Shown here piece by piece: positions 1-23,197 of a stretch of DNA of 64,000 nucleotides. Within the stretch, counting starts at the first letter, position 1. Each line of letters opens with the position of its first letter. Below the pieces are notes generated by a model that worked only from the letters and a program-made list of their open reading frames with translations, did not search any database and was not told the DNA's origin. Source of the DNA: the human T2T-CHM13v2.0 reference genome, Homo sapiens. The position numbers were made by a program, and so were the translations under genes. The DNA is taken from assembly GCF_009914755.1 (NCBI RefSeq), contig NC_060943.1; one strand, given 5' to 3'.

Positions 1-129
1 GCTCCTGGAGGGACTGGACTTTGCATCTTCCCTTCGCGTGGAGCCTCAGTGTGAGAGGCCCTGCCAATGCGTGCATGTCAGAGGTGGTGGGGACCACATC
101 AGAAGAAGAGGGGGGTGATGAAATTAACA

Positions 130-135
130 AATAAA
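130..135 (+). terminator. MEGF8: AATAAA polyadenylation signal, probable 3' end of the upstream convergent gene MEGF8
   Basis: AATAAA at 130-135 followed by GT-rich sequence (ggtgtctg, gcgtctg). The gene identity comes only from the known order MEGF8-CNFN-LIPE-CXCL17; no MEGF8 coding sequence is visible. Confidence 0.5.
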
Positions 136-496
136 AAGTATGGGGAAAACCCAGGTGTCTGAGCGCGTCTGCACATGTCCCAGCAGGGCTAGGTCTCAAC
201 TCTGACCCAGCCCCGCATGCTGGATAACTTGGATAATTGCCCTTATGATGGTGCCACTTCCAAGCTGGGGTGGCTTTGTTCCTGGCTGCCCCTCTTAAAG
301 GGGGAAGGGGGAAGGGGGAAGGGTATGCCCCAACAGAAGCATAATAAATACCAATAAACAGCTCTTGTTTCCCAGAAGGGACGCGCTGAGGGCAGACGTG
401 GGCAGTGGAATTTGACCCTTCCCTAGATCTTCCTCAGGGAAACCCCAGTTTGGCTCAGGAGGGAAAACAGGCTGCCTTGGTCCCAGCTACGGCTTT

Positions 497-3034
<2,538 letters not shown>

Positions 3035-3689
3035 CTAGAAAGCTAAGGAGTGTGAGATTTGCTGCCCTGAGAGAGGGAGTCCTGAGGGCTTGGAGTTCCA
3101 CCTGCATGAGCAGAAAGGAGCTAAGATTCTTTAGGACTCCTCTGTGTTATGCGTGGACCTCTCAGGTGAAGTGTCTTCCTAGCAGTCATCCTGTGACTTT
3201 GCCCTCCTAAGCAGATGATTTGCACCACGACTGGGCCTTTTCTCTGGGATGCATAGCCACACTCCCTCCGACTCTCACAAGTGCTCTATGGTACGTGTTC
3301 CTCCCTCCACGTCAGCCCTCTGCCGTCACTTCTCCCTGCACATACCTGAGTGCAAGTGGCGTATGCTGAGGTGGGAGAGAGTCTGGGCATGGAAGGCTGG
3401 ATGCCTGGTTCTAGGCTATGTGCAGCTCCAAACCCCCTGGGGATTTCAGGGATAGAGGGAATATTTTACTGAGGGCCTACAGCCCTCCAGGCACTGTGCT
3501 GGGTGCTTGGTGTGAATCTTATCTTGCCAACATCACTGGGAGGTGCCAGCTTGGTTTTCCATTTTGCCCATTCGAAAGCTCTGTTGACTAAGAACTCAGG
3601 GCTAATTAAGAGACGAGCCAGATTGTGACACAAGCCTGTCTCTGTTGCCCCACACGTTACCTCCAAAGTTGCTTTCCTTTTCTAAGCCA

Positions 3690-4910
<1,221 letters not shown>

Positions 4911-4968
4911 CAGAAAGAGAGAGGGAGAGATAACAGCAAATAATAGTAATATATTAATATTAGAATAG

Positions 4969-7990
<3,022 letters not shown>

Positions 7991-8417
7991 ATTCGTTTTT
8001 AGCTCCAGAGAGCCTTAAGCTTATAAGTTCTCTGCTTTGGAGACAAAAGTCCCCCACGCCTGTTCGAATTGTGTGCAGGCCAACAGTCCATAGATATGGA
8101 GCAAGCAAGGGCGCTCTCCTGTTTTTTCTTTGAACTTCAGTGCCTCCGTCCTCCCAAGACTGACTTTCTGGTTTTGCTTATTTTCAGAATGCAGGCAGCT
8201 TCAGGCAGGGAGTCTGCAGCTAAAGAGTTAGTGGTTTTACTTTGTTAGGGTGAGGGCAACTGGGGTTTGGGAGGGATAACTTGACAAAGTCACACACTGC
8301 CTGGCGGGGTCACACGTAGGCATCTGTCTTGTCCCCACCTCTCTCACCAATCCTCTCTCTCCACCCAGATTCCTACCCTGGGACAAAATGGATGTAGGCG
8401 GAGTTGGTTTTCAGGTT

Positions 8418-8423
8418 TTTATT
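8418..8423 (-). terminator. CNFN: CNFN polyadenylation signal (AATAAA)
   Basis: TTTATT on + at 8418-8423, about 115 nt after the CNFN stop codon. Confidence 0.85.
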
Positions 8424-8537
8424 GTGGGTGTATTTCTGGCAGCGGGACAGGGGTGGTGAGGCAGTCCCTCCCAGGAGTGGCCAGAGAAGGCCAGAGGCGA
8501 GACTGGTGGAAAAGGACGGGGAAGACAGGGAACTTCC

Positions 8538-8627
8538 TTACTCTCGGATCTTCAGTTCCCGCGCCATCTGGCAGAGGGCGCAGGGCAGACAAAAGGTGAG
8601 GGCCGCCCAGTCGTGCCCGACGGAGCC
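8538..8627 (-). CDS. CNFN: Cornifelin, last coding exon ([29 protein letters not shown])
   Basis: Acceptor tag at 8630-8628 and TAA at 8540-8538. join(10311..10422,8725..8861,8538..8627) = 339 nt = 112 aa + stop, a PLAC8-family Cys-rich protein. Confidence 0.97.
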   Translation of the reverse strand, partial: GSVGHDWAALTFCLPCALCQMARELKIRE

Positions 8628-8960
8628 CTAGAGGGTAGGAGAGAGCGGTCAGGAGCCCCGCGGTGGGTCCCAGGAGGCCAGTCCCCAGCTCCCTGCTCCC
8701 GCGGGTCCCCAGCCCGGCGCGCACCTGGATGTGGTAGCGCTCCCGCATGCCGGTGCGGATGGAGTGCAGGCCTCCGGGCAGGTAGGGCGCGCAGCAGCAC
8801 TCGCCAAAGTCGTCGGAGATGCGGCAGGCAAGGCACAGAGGAGCAAAAGTGCCGCACAGACCTGGGCGGGGCGCAGGCGCTCAGGGGCGGGGCCAGCCGG
8901 GGCCTCCCGACGGCTCCGCCCCGGGGGGGGCGCGGTTGATTCGCCGCGGAGGGGCATTGA
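8550..8960. other. Intragenic CpG-rich island over the last two CNFN exons
   Basis: Visibly high GC and dense CpG (cgcgcacc, ccgcgga, ggcgcgg); not computed. Confidence 0.65.
8725..8861 (-). CDS. CNFN: Cornifelin, second coding exon ([46 protein letters not shown])
   Basis: Acceptor cag|GT at 8861 and donor CAG|gtgcgc at 8725; 137 nt; PLAC8-domain Cys motifs. Confidence 0.97.
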
Positions 8961-9035
8961 GGGTCCCAGCCAAGGAGAGGTCCCAGAGGGAATTAGAGGT
9001 CCGAGGAGAGGATGGCTTAGCGATTGGAAGGCAGG

Positions 9036-10016
<981 letters not shown>

Positions 10017-10310
10017 CAGGAGCTAGGGTTTGAAGAGGGAGTTGGGGGTCACAGTGAGGAAAGCTGAGCATGCAAAGGGGAGGTTGAGGGCCTGATAAGT
10101 TGAGTGTGGGAAGGCATGAGGTAGTATCCTAAGGAGTGTTGGGGGTCTGAGGAAAGGGTGACTGTTAGAGTGGGAATTCCAAGTCCAGGGAAGGGAGGTG
10201 GGAGTGGGGTTAGCAAGCGGTGGGAGGAGGTTGGAGGTGAGCTTCCCTCTCCTGATTCCCCCCAAACCCATCTTCCACCAGGCCTGGAGAGGGAGCAGGC
10301 AGGCACTCAC

Positions 10311-10422
10311 AGACAGGCATGTCGTTGCAGCAGTCCGTGAGACCTGTGTGCCAGTCACTGAGCTGGGTCTGGTAGCAGCTGGTGGTGGCGCACTGGGGCT
10401 GACTGGTCACAGGGTAGGACAT
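10311..10422 (-). CDS. CNFN: Cornifelin, first coding exon ([37 protein letters not shown])
   Basis: Acceptor ctgcag|CT ATG (exon starts at 10424, ATG at 10422) and donor T|gtgagt at 10311; [11 protein letters not shown] is the PLAC8 signature. Confidence 0.97.
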
Positions 10423-10873
10423 AGCTGCAGAGGTGGGAGGGTAGGGGTCAGCTGGCAGCCTCGCAGCATCTCCTGGGCCCCGCACTTCGGCCACCCTTCC
10501 CTGTGCCGGGCAGTCTGGGCGGGGCCGCCAGGCCGCCCACTGAAGGGACACCACTGTGCCTCCCCCTTCCCTTCTGCTACATCTGGGCACCGGCAACCCC
10601 AGTCTGTCCCTGTTGCTGCTGGCTCCTGCACGTCTGGTTAGGCTGGGGGTGGGGGTCTCCTGCACATCTGAGGAAGGGTGGGGACCACATCTGGGTGGGG
10701 CCTGGCGGTGCCGCCTCCTCCTCCACGTCTGGGCCTGGGTTCTGGGTTGCAGCATTTCTGGGGCCTCTGGGGTGGAAGCAGGCGCCGTCTGTCTTCGAAG
10801 CAAGGGTGCCCAGGGGAGGGAGGCGGCCAGGTTCCAGTACTGAGAGGGTTGCTGGTCCACCCAGCGGTCCCAC

Positions 10874-10910
10874 CTTTGCCTTTCACGTTGTCGTGCATCT
10901 CAAACTGCAT
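10874..10910 (-). CDS. CNFN: Candidate alternative CNFN exon encoding an N-terminal extension [12 protein letters not shown](A)
   Basis: ATG at 10910 with A at -3; donor AAAG|gtggga at 10874; phase 1 joins G|CT ATG in frame with the CNFN start; upstream pyrimidine tract with AG near 10996. Confidence 0.55.
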
Positions 10911-11624
10911 CTTGCTGGCCCTGAGGAGGTGGCGTTGGGGACGGCAGAAGTGGCTGTGGCAACAGTGGCAGAGTCTGTCCAAGGGACGCTGGATACTGGG
11001 GAGGTGGGGGCAAGGGACTGGGGCACTGGGGGCTGGGCTCTCAGGGGGAGGGGAGCTGGGGAGAAAGAGGCCAAGTCAGCCTGTCAACCAGGAGAGACAT
11101 GGAATAGGGAATGGATAGGGCGGGGGCGAGAAACTCGCCCATGTCTTTCCAACTGCCCGACAGATTGCAGAGGACCCTCCCCATACCCGAGATAGAGCTT
11201 GAGGGAGAACAAGAAATGGAGATGGACAGAGTCAGAGACAAGGGGAGAAAGATCAGAGCCAGGTGCCCGTAGAGATGTCACCAGTAATGCCCACATGTGC
11301 CCAGCACTTTGACTCCTCTGCAAGCCCATCTCACAGATGAGCACTGAGGCTCAGAGACATGAGGAGGAACGCCCCACGTCTGACGGCCCAGGCCAAGGGG
11401 GTTCATAGAGGTGATGCTGGGCCCCAAGACTTCTAAATTCAGCTCAGCACACCCCAGTTAAGAAGGACAGATTTGGGGGCATTGGGAAGGACAGAGATGT
11501 CCCGAGAGACCGACAATCAGCGATATGAAAGGAGACAGAGTGATATGAGTGGGATGAGGAGGAGGGAGAACAGAGCAGAGGCGCCCAACCTCAAAGAAGA
11601 GGGCTGCGGAGGGGATGTTCCTAC

Positions 11625-11680
11625 CTGCAGGATCGCGATGGCAGTGATGGAGGCAGACGTGTGGAGACACGGGCACTGAC
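11625..11680 (-). other. CNFN: CNFN non-coding exon 1 (5'UTR)
   Basis: Donor CAG|gtagga at 11625; Inr-like TCAGT near 11677, about 28 nt downstream of the TATA box; TSS approximate. Confidence 0.75.
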
Positions 11681-11703
11681 TTCTCCGTCTCAGCCCAGAG
11701 CCA

Positions 11704-11740
11704 CTTATATGGGCGGCCACGCAGCCCTGGGCGGGGCTCT
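11704..11740 (-). promoter_or_regulatory. CNFN: CNFN core promoter: TATA box (CATATAAG) and GC boxes
   Basis: TATAA at 11709-11705 on -; GGGCGG motifs at 11711-11716 and about 11729-11737. Confidence 0.75.
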
Positions 11741-11993
11741 GACAGAGGTGCCCAGGGAGCCAAGCCGGTCTGATCGACCCTCTCCCCACACTGGGATTTC
11801 CCGCCCTCCCTCTCCACTCCCATCCCCCCACTTCTCCTCCTGCCTCAGCTCCCAGGACCCAGGGAAAAGAAGGTGGCGGGGGGTGGGAGGTTTGGCGGGG
11901 GCGGGGGGCCACAGCCGGGTCAATGCGCAGAGACCAAAAGAGAGGGAGAGACAGAAACACAGTGTCAGAAAGGCAGGCAGGGAAGTCCCTCTA

Positions 11994-12365
<372 letters not shown>

Positions 12366-12810
12366 CTACACTCCGGCCTCAGTGACAGAGCAAGACCCTG
12401 TCTTAAAAAAAAAAAAGGAAAGAAAAGGGGAGATGGGAGACAGAAGAGAGACGGAGATGGAAAAGTGGAGAGGCAGGTGGGGGGATCACTGAACAGGCTT
12501 AGAGGGCAGGGAAATGGGGAGAGGTGATGGGTGGGGAGAGAAAAAGGCCGGGTGGAGTGGGAGAGAGTGCTGTGTGGGACTCCCCTTTCAGGGTCTCGCT
12601 CATCTCTCTCAGTGATATCCCCACTTTCCTGGGAGAGGGGGACAGTGTCCTCCCCATTCAAGCCAGGAGACACATGGGGGGCAGTGTGTTTTGGGGAATG
12701 ACTCATGTTGGAACCAAAGTAAATAAACACACCTCACCCCAGCTCCAAATTGGGAAGGGAGGAGGCTGGGAACTGAAAAGCCGCAGTTCCTGAAGGACGT
12801 GGACGTCACC

Positions 12811-13000
12811 TGGGACTCCTGGGTCCTAATGGAGCAAAGGAGTGGGGGCTTGGACCCCTGGGTCTGAGGGAGGAGGGGCTGGGGCCCTGGACTCCTGCGT
12901 CTCATGAGGCCAGGCTGCACATCCCTCAGTAGGGTAGGGGTCCTGGGATTCCACACTGCTGGGCTCCTGAGCAGGGAAGGAGCTGGGGGTCTGGGTGCCT
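12811..13000 (-). repeat. MSR1-type units upstream of CNFN; further clusters at about 14170-14375, 17365-17440, 18030-18200 and 22760-22840
   Basis: ggacccctgggtctgagggaggaggggctgggg is the reverse complement of the MSR1 unit. Confidence 0.75.
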
Positions 13001-13969
13001 GAATCGCCAAAGTTTCCCCCCAACAGGCCTGACGGGGTTGGGAGGTGACTCAGTGAGGGAAGCAGCATTAGAGCTGGGTGGGGTTCTCAGCACGGGTGTC
13101 ACCCCAAAAATGTAGGAGGCACTAGAAAACTGGGGTGTCACCTGCAGAGAAGGTGGTGTCATCACCCCGCCGGGTATGGGGTGATGGCAGGTGGATCACC
13201 CTGCTAGCTGGGATCCCAGGTGTCCCCTCCCTCCCTCCCTCCCTCCAACACATTAGGACCCAAGCCTTGGTCTCCCAGCACCACCCAGATGGTTGGGTCT
13301 TCCTGTCCCCAGAACTCCCGGCAGCGCTCACTGTCTTGCCGGTGCACGTCCGTCATTGGTCCTAGAGCCTGGATGTCTGGGGGACATCTCCTCACTTGTG
13401 TCCTAACATCCCTGTCTCCTCATCTCTGAATCTTCGTCTCTCACCCTGCATCTTCACCTTTCCAGCTGTGAATCTGTCTTTCTTTCCTCATCTCTGCAAA
13501 TCTCTTTCCAAATCTCTGTCTCTCCATCTCTGGGTCCCTCTCCTTCCAGGCTCTGTGTCTCTGTGCCCTTATCCCGGGGTCTCTGTCTCCTATGTCAAAA
13601 TCTCTTCTGAATCTCGCTTCCCATCTCTGTTCATCTCCAGACCTGCCCTGTGGAGGCAGCTACAGGGCCCCATCCCCCCTGCTGTCCAGACTAAGGGTGC
13701 AGGTGACTCAAGGTCAGTCATCTCCGAGGACCCCAGGGCTCCCAGCATGACACTCTGAGTTGTCCTCAAGTTTCCTCTCTCACTCCTGACACAGCCTGGG
13801 GGCCCCAATTAGATCTAGCAATTCATGCAGGTGAGGAAATAGAGACTGGGGAAGCTGTGAGGTGGCCTGCTTGGGGGTGAGGAGGGCCGTGAGCAGGAGG
13901 AGGAGCTCCTGGGGGGCTGAGGAGTGATGGTGGCCCAGTCACCAGGCATTGGCCTACATCCTCCTCAAA

Positions 13970-14156
13970 CAGGGTTGCCACATAAAATACAGGCTGTCCT
14001 GTAAAATCTGAAATTCAGATAAGCAACAAACAGGTTTTTTAGCATGTTTCATGCAGTATTTGGGACATATTTATACTAAAAAAGTATTTGTTATTTATCT
14101 AAAATTCAAATTAAATTGGGCTTCCTATAGTTTTATTTGCTAAATCTGGAACCCTA
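13970..14156. mobile_element. MER53 palindromic MITE (hAT-type)
   Basis: Terminal inverted repeats AGGGTTGCCA...TGGAACCCT and an AT-rich internal palindrome (aaaatctgaaattcagataagcaaca / tgttatttatctaaaattcaaatt). Confidence 0.85.
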
Positions 14157-14843
14157 CCATCAAAGACAGAGGAGTTCAGGACTCCAGCCCCCTCTTTTCC
14201 CAGAACCTAGGAGTCCAGGCCCCAGCCTTCCCTCCTTAGGATCTGCGAGTCCAGGTCCTAATCCTCCTCCTCCCCCTTAGAAGGAATGGGGCACCCAACC
14301 CCCTCCTCCTTTGGAAATACAGGAGTCCAGGCTCCCAGCCCCTTTCTCCCCAGAACCCAGGCATCCAGACCAGGTCTCAGTCCAGTTGCCCAATGTGGGT
14401 CAGTCATCACTTTGGGTTTCACAAGGTGGGTTGTGCCATCTGTGGCCCTGGTGGAACCGGTCCGGCAGAGCGGACAAGTGGCGTGGTCCCCCTTCCCTTC
14501 CTCAACCTGCTGTTTCCTTGAAGGCCAGCCCAGCGGGGCTGGGAGCAGAACAGGAGGGACTTGGGGAGCTCTGGGTGTGCCCCTGTGTTTGGGTGTATTG
14601 TGTCTCTGTGTGTGGTTGTGACCAATTGTCATGACAACCCCCAACTGTCATGATGTGTCTCTGTGCTTTTTCTGTGGTCTGCGGTGTGATATGAGAGGGT
14701 CTCTTCTATTTGTGTGTCTGTATTGCCCTCCTGTGAGTCTACACACTGTGCACTGCTGTTTGGGTGTGTTTGCAGTTACTGTGATTCTGTAATTCCGGTT
14801 GGATTAAGGCAGCAATTATTTATTGAATGGCAGCCTTATGTGA

Positions 14844-16488
<1,645 letters not shown>

Positions 16489-18229
16489 CTATATTTGTGT
16501 TTGTGCTTGTAGGTGATTATATTGCTGCATGTGTGTGATTCTTTGTGTGGGTGCAAATGCAAGATCAAATCTAACACAAATTGTGATGGCACGTGTTTGG
16601 TGTGATCTTGCATTTCTGATTCTGAGGTGCTGGGAGTGTGTCTATAATTGGAATCTTGAGAACCCTTCTCTCAGCTGTGAGGCCACTCCCTTACATAACA
16701 TCCCATAGGTGACCCCTGGGAGAGATCCTTCCAAGATGAGCCTTGGTTTCTCCCTAATGGGGATAGTGGGCCGAGTGGCTCAAGGAGAAACAGGAGATTG
16801 AAAGGGAAGGTGGGAGGGGACCAGTGAGGCCAGGGAGAGGGTAAGAGACGTGATGGTGACACAGAAAAACGATGGCTGGATTGGGACAGAGGAAGAGCTG
16901 CCCAGAGACGGGGATCTCTGTCCATTCATTCCATGAGCATTTCCTGAGCCCCTGCAATGTGCCAGGACCTCTGGTCGGTTCAGGGTCTGGGGGAAAGCAG
17001 AGAGACCCAGAGAGATGACCCCCACCAGGAAAGCTGTTGCTGCCCCAAGGTGGCCCACTGCCTCCACAATGGGCCTCAGTGACAGTTCTGAGTGACCGAG
17101 ATGCAGTGATGGGGAGGGACAGAGAAGGCCAGATCTGTCCAGATCAAAGAACAGAGGCCATGGGGGAAAGGTCCCTTCCAGGCGAAGGAGACCGCCATGA
17201 ATCATGTTCTTATCACCTCCTAATAGGCTCATGATGCAAGTGCACCTCCTAATCACTATTTTCGACCCCAACCAGGCTCACGCCCACAGTCAGAAGGGTT
17301 GGACAAGCTTAGTATCGTGGATTCACGGGAGAAAATATCTGGGAGACCCCATCCTTGGACCTGCTTTCCCCAGGACCCAGGAGTCCGGGTCCCCAGCTCT
17401 CCAGTTCCCCAGCCCCAGGAGTCCCAGCTCTCAGCCCCTCTCCTTTTGTTTGTTGCCTGCGTTTTCTTTTTTCTCTCTGGGCCTGTAACTCTTTGTTTAT
17501 CTCCATCTATGTTTTGTGTCTCTCTTGTATCTTTACATCTGTATCTGGATTCTCCCTCACTAGGCCTCAATTTTCTCACTTGTAAACTGGGGATAATACT
17601 ACTAATAATAATCCAATCTCTCAGAGCTGTGGCGAGGAAGACATGAGATAATTATGTAAAATGCTCAGCACAGAACCAGGCCACAGTAAACTCAGTACAA
17701 GAGAGCTCTGTTATTATTACTGTTTTATTTTTGCCATCTCCCCTTTGGTATCTCTATTTTTCTCTTAGTCTCACGTGAGTCTCCAGTCTCCTCTAGCTCT
17801 GGGTTCCTTTTGCAGACAGCACCTGCCTCTGACTTCCCTTTTCGGGATGAGGAAAGGGCATATCCAGGCCAGAGCTTCCCCTGAGCCTCTTCCTTCTCCC
17901 TCTCCATTACAAGCTCCGCCTCATTACCCAGAACACTTGCCTGGGGGTAAGGCCTGGCTCCCTTCCCATAAATAGCCTCATAAAATCCTGAACCCCAAAC
18001 CTGTCATCCCTGGGCGGGCGAGTGACTCAAGATCCCGGAGTTCCCGCTCCTAGACACCAAACCTTCAGGTTTCCAGCCCCCTCCTCCCTCTGACCCAGGA
18101 GTCCGGGCCCCTAGTCCCTCCTTCCTCGGGTCCCAGACTTCTCCTCCTTCAGAACCAAGGAGTCTGAACTCTCAAATCCCCAACCTTCCTCAAGACCCAA
18201 GGATCGGGTCAGCAAACAGCCTAGGTATG

Positions 18230-18720
18230 TGGGGCCAGAAACTCCATTCACGACCATTCTGCGACCGTCTACGCCCAGGGCTCCCACCCCGACTCAGTCC
18301 CTCCGGAGGCGGGTCCGACACGCGAGGCGCTTCTTTGGAGTCTGGCGGCGAAAGCTATCCATGACGTCAGTCACTATCTTCCAGCCAATGGACACTCGGC
18401 CTTCTACCTCCCTGGGCCACTCAGGACCCTTTGCCTGGTAGGCGGGGCCCACAGCCCAACTCGGGCAGCGATAGGCTTTCGGAGACGCCAGTCTCTGCCA
18501 GGCCCAGTCAGTCGGCCAATAGACCCGGAACCTGAGGGATCGGAATCCTGGTCCACTCCGCAGAGGCCCGAGCGGGCTCGCGAGGGAACGGGTTCTCCGA
18601 GTCTGGCCGGGTAAGCCCTTTCCAGCACGCCTAGTATTAGGATTCTGCACATAGCTCGGGTGGAAAACCGTGAGGCTTAGTGAGGCTTGAGGCGGAGGGG
18701 GGAGGAGCTCAGTCCCGGCG
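18230..18720 (+). promoter_or_regulatory. CpG-rich promoter with full CRE, two CCAAT boxes and an ETS site; probable LIPE-AS1 promoter
   Basis: TGACGTCA at 18362-18369; CCAAT at 18385-18389 and 18516-18520; CCGGAA at 18525-18530; AP-1 TGACTCA at 18023-18029 upstream. Confidence 0.7.
18530..18610 (+). ncRNA. LIPE-AS1: Probable first exon of the antisense lncRNA LIPE-AS1, which would run through LIPE and CXCL17 on +
   Basis: Promoter motifs immediately upstream and a strong + donor CGG|gtaagc at 18610/18611. The identity is from knowledge of the locus; TSS approximate and downstream exons not resolved. Confidence 0.55.
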
Positions 18721-19571
18721 AACCCATCTTGCTTTCTTGGAGAAACTGAGACCGGGATACTGGATCTGTTATTCATCCATCCGTTCCTCCCACCCTAAGC
18801 CTGATTCTCGTCTGCTCCTGCCTTCCTGTTCCTTCATCCGTTCTGCCCTTCCTGCCCTCAATTCTCTCACTCACGGATTCCCTCGTCTAGCCACTCACTC
18901 ACACACTCTCCCACCTATTAGTTAGACAAACATTTCCTGAGGCTTCTGGTGTGCCAAGCCTCGTGCTGGGCGATGCTGGTGACCAAGATGAGTCAGGCCT
19001 GGGCCGTGCCCTCAAGGAGCCCGGGTCAGATGGGAGGATGGACGTTGATGGGCATGGGTGTGCGGAGACGGTGGGAGCCCAGGAGAGACTTTTTTGAGTT
19101 TGGCGTGGTCGGGAAAGGGTTTCCAGGGGAGGGGCCATTGGAGCTGGATCTTGGAGGAGCAGAAGGTGCCAGGCAAAGTGGAGATGCCAGGCAAAATGGG
19201 TGTGGGGAGGGTGTTTCAGCGTGACCAAAGACAGGGAGGCATGCAGGAGCAGTACTGCGTGCAGGTGCCTAAGCGGAAGGCCAGTCAAGTCTGTATGGCC
19301 AGCAGGGGAACTGTAAGGCTGGAGGAGGCCGAAGAGATGAGCAGAGGCCAGGCTGAGGAGCTTGGACTTTGTCCTGAGGGTGAGGGGGTAGTGGAGAGCC
19401 ATGGAAGGGTTGAGAGTAGTGGAGGACAAGGTCATAGTTGGTCCAGAACTGGAGGAATGAGACTGGAAGCCAGTAGCCCAGGAGGTGGCTCTGGCAGGGA
19501 TTCAGGTAGGAGAGAGTGGAGCCTGGATCAGGGAAGAGGCCGAGGGGATAAGATAGAGATTCAGGAGGCAA

Positions 19572-22495
<2,924 letters not shown>

Positions 22496-22850
22496 TGCAT
22501 TTACAGTATTTTGAGCGCCAGTTTGTTTCTGATTTCCTGCTAACTTTGCTCCAGTTCTGTAGGGTGTTTGGGTCACTGGAGCCTTTGAGACCCGAGAGAT
22601 TATTTTTAACTTTTATATCCCCCTGATGGATGCTGAGCCTGGTCTCCCTGGGACCAGGGTGAGTCCAGCTAACCGAAGGTCTTCAAGGGGAGGAGCTGAG
22701 GACCCAGCATCTCCTGGCAGTGTACCTGGATGAAGTCCGAGGGGAGGTGGGTCCGGGTTACCAAGGAGTCCACTCCCTTCTGGTCCCAAAAATCCAGTCC
22801 CCCATACCCCTCATTCCAGGTTTCTTGGTTCCCAGCCGCTTGAGTCCGAT

Positions 22851-22866
22851 GCTGCCCCCTGGTGGG
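22851..22866 (-). promoter_or_regulatory. CTCF core motif just downstream of the LIPE polyA site
   Basis: The - strand reads CCCACCAGGGGGCAGC, near the CTCF consensus. Confidence 0.7.
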
Positions 22867-22911
22867 CAAACACCCCACCGTATTTGAGAGAGGCCAAACT
22901 AATTAAATACT

Positions 22912-22917
22912 TTTATT
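22912..22917 (-). terminator. LIPE: LIPE polyadenylation signal (AATAAA)
   Basis: TTTATT on + at 22912-22917, about 280 nt after the stop codon. Confidence 0.9.
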
Positions 22918-23197
22918 TACAACAAACCAAACCGACCTGCAAGGGAGGGCCAGTCCCCGTCCCTGCGGCGGTCGCCGCAGCAGCAGCAGCAAAAGGCAGC
23001 GGTGGCGTGCAGGTCCAGCCGTCTCGGTGACCGGTGTGTGTGCGCGTCCCCCTCCCCGTGGCGAGGGTCTCAGCTTTCGGGCCCCCGCCCCGCCCCCTTG
23101 CCACCCCCGACTTAAGTAAGGCACAGCCCGCGTCCCCTTCCGCCCGGCCCGGAAGGCATTCATGACGGAGGCCGGCGCAGATGGGAACAACAGGCTT

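Noticed and set aside
10210-10860. 216-aa ORF in frame with the CNFN first coding exon
   Set aside because: It has a non-ATG start and runs through intron sequence across both splice sites; this is chance openness in GC-rich DNA
22978-22990. CAG/CTG run in the LIPE 3'UTR
   Set aside because: Only about 4 units, too short to be unstable
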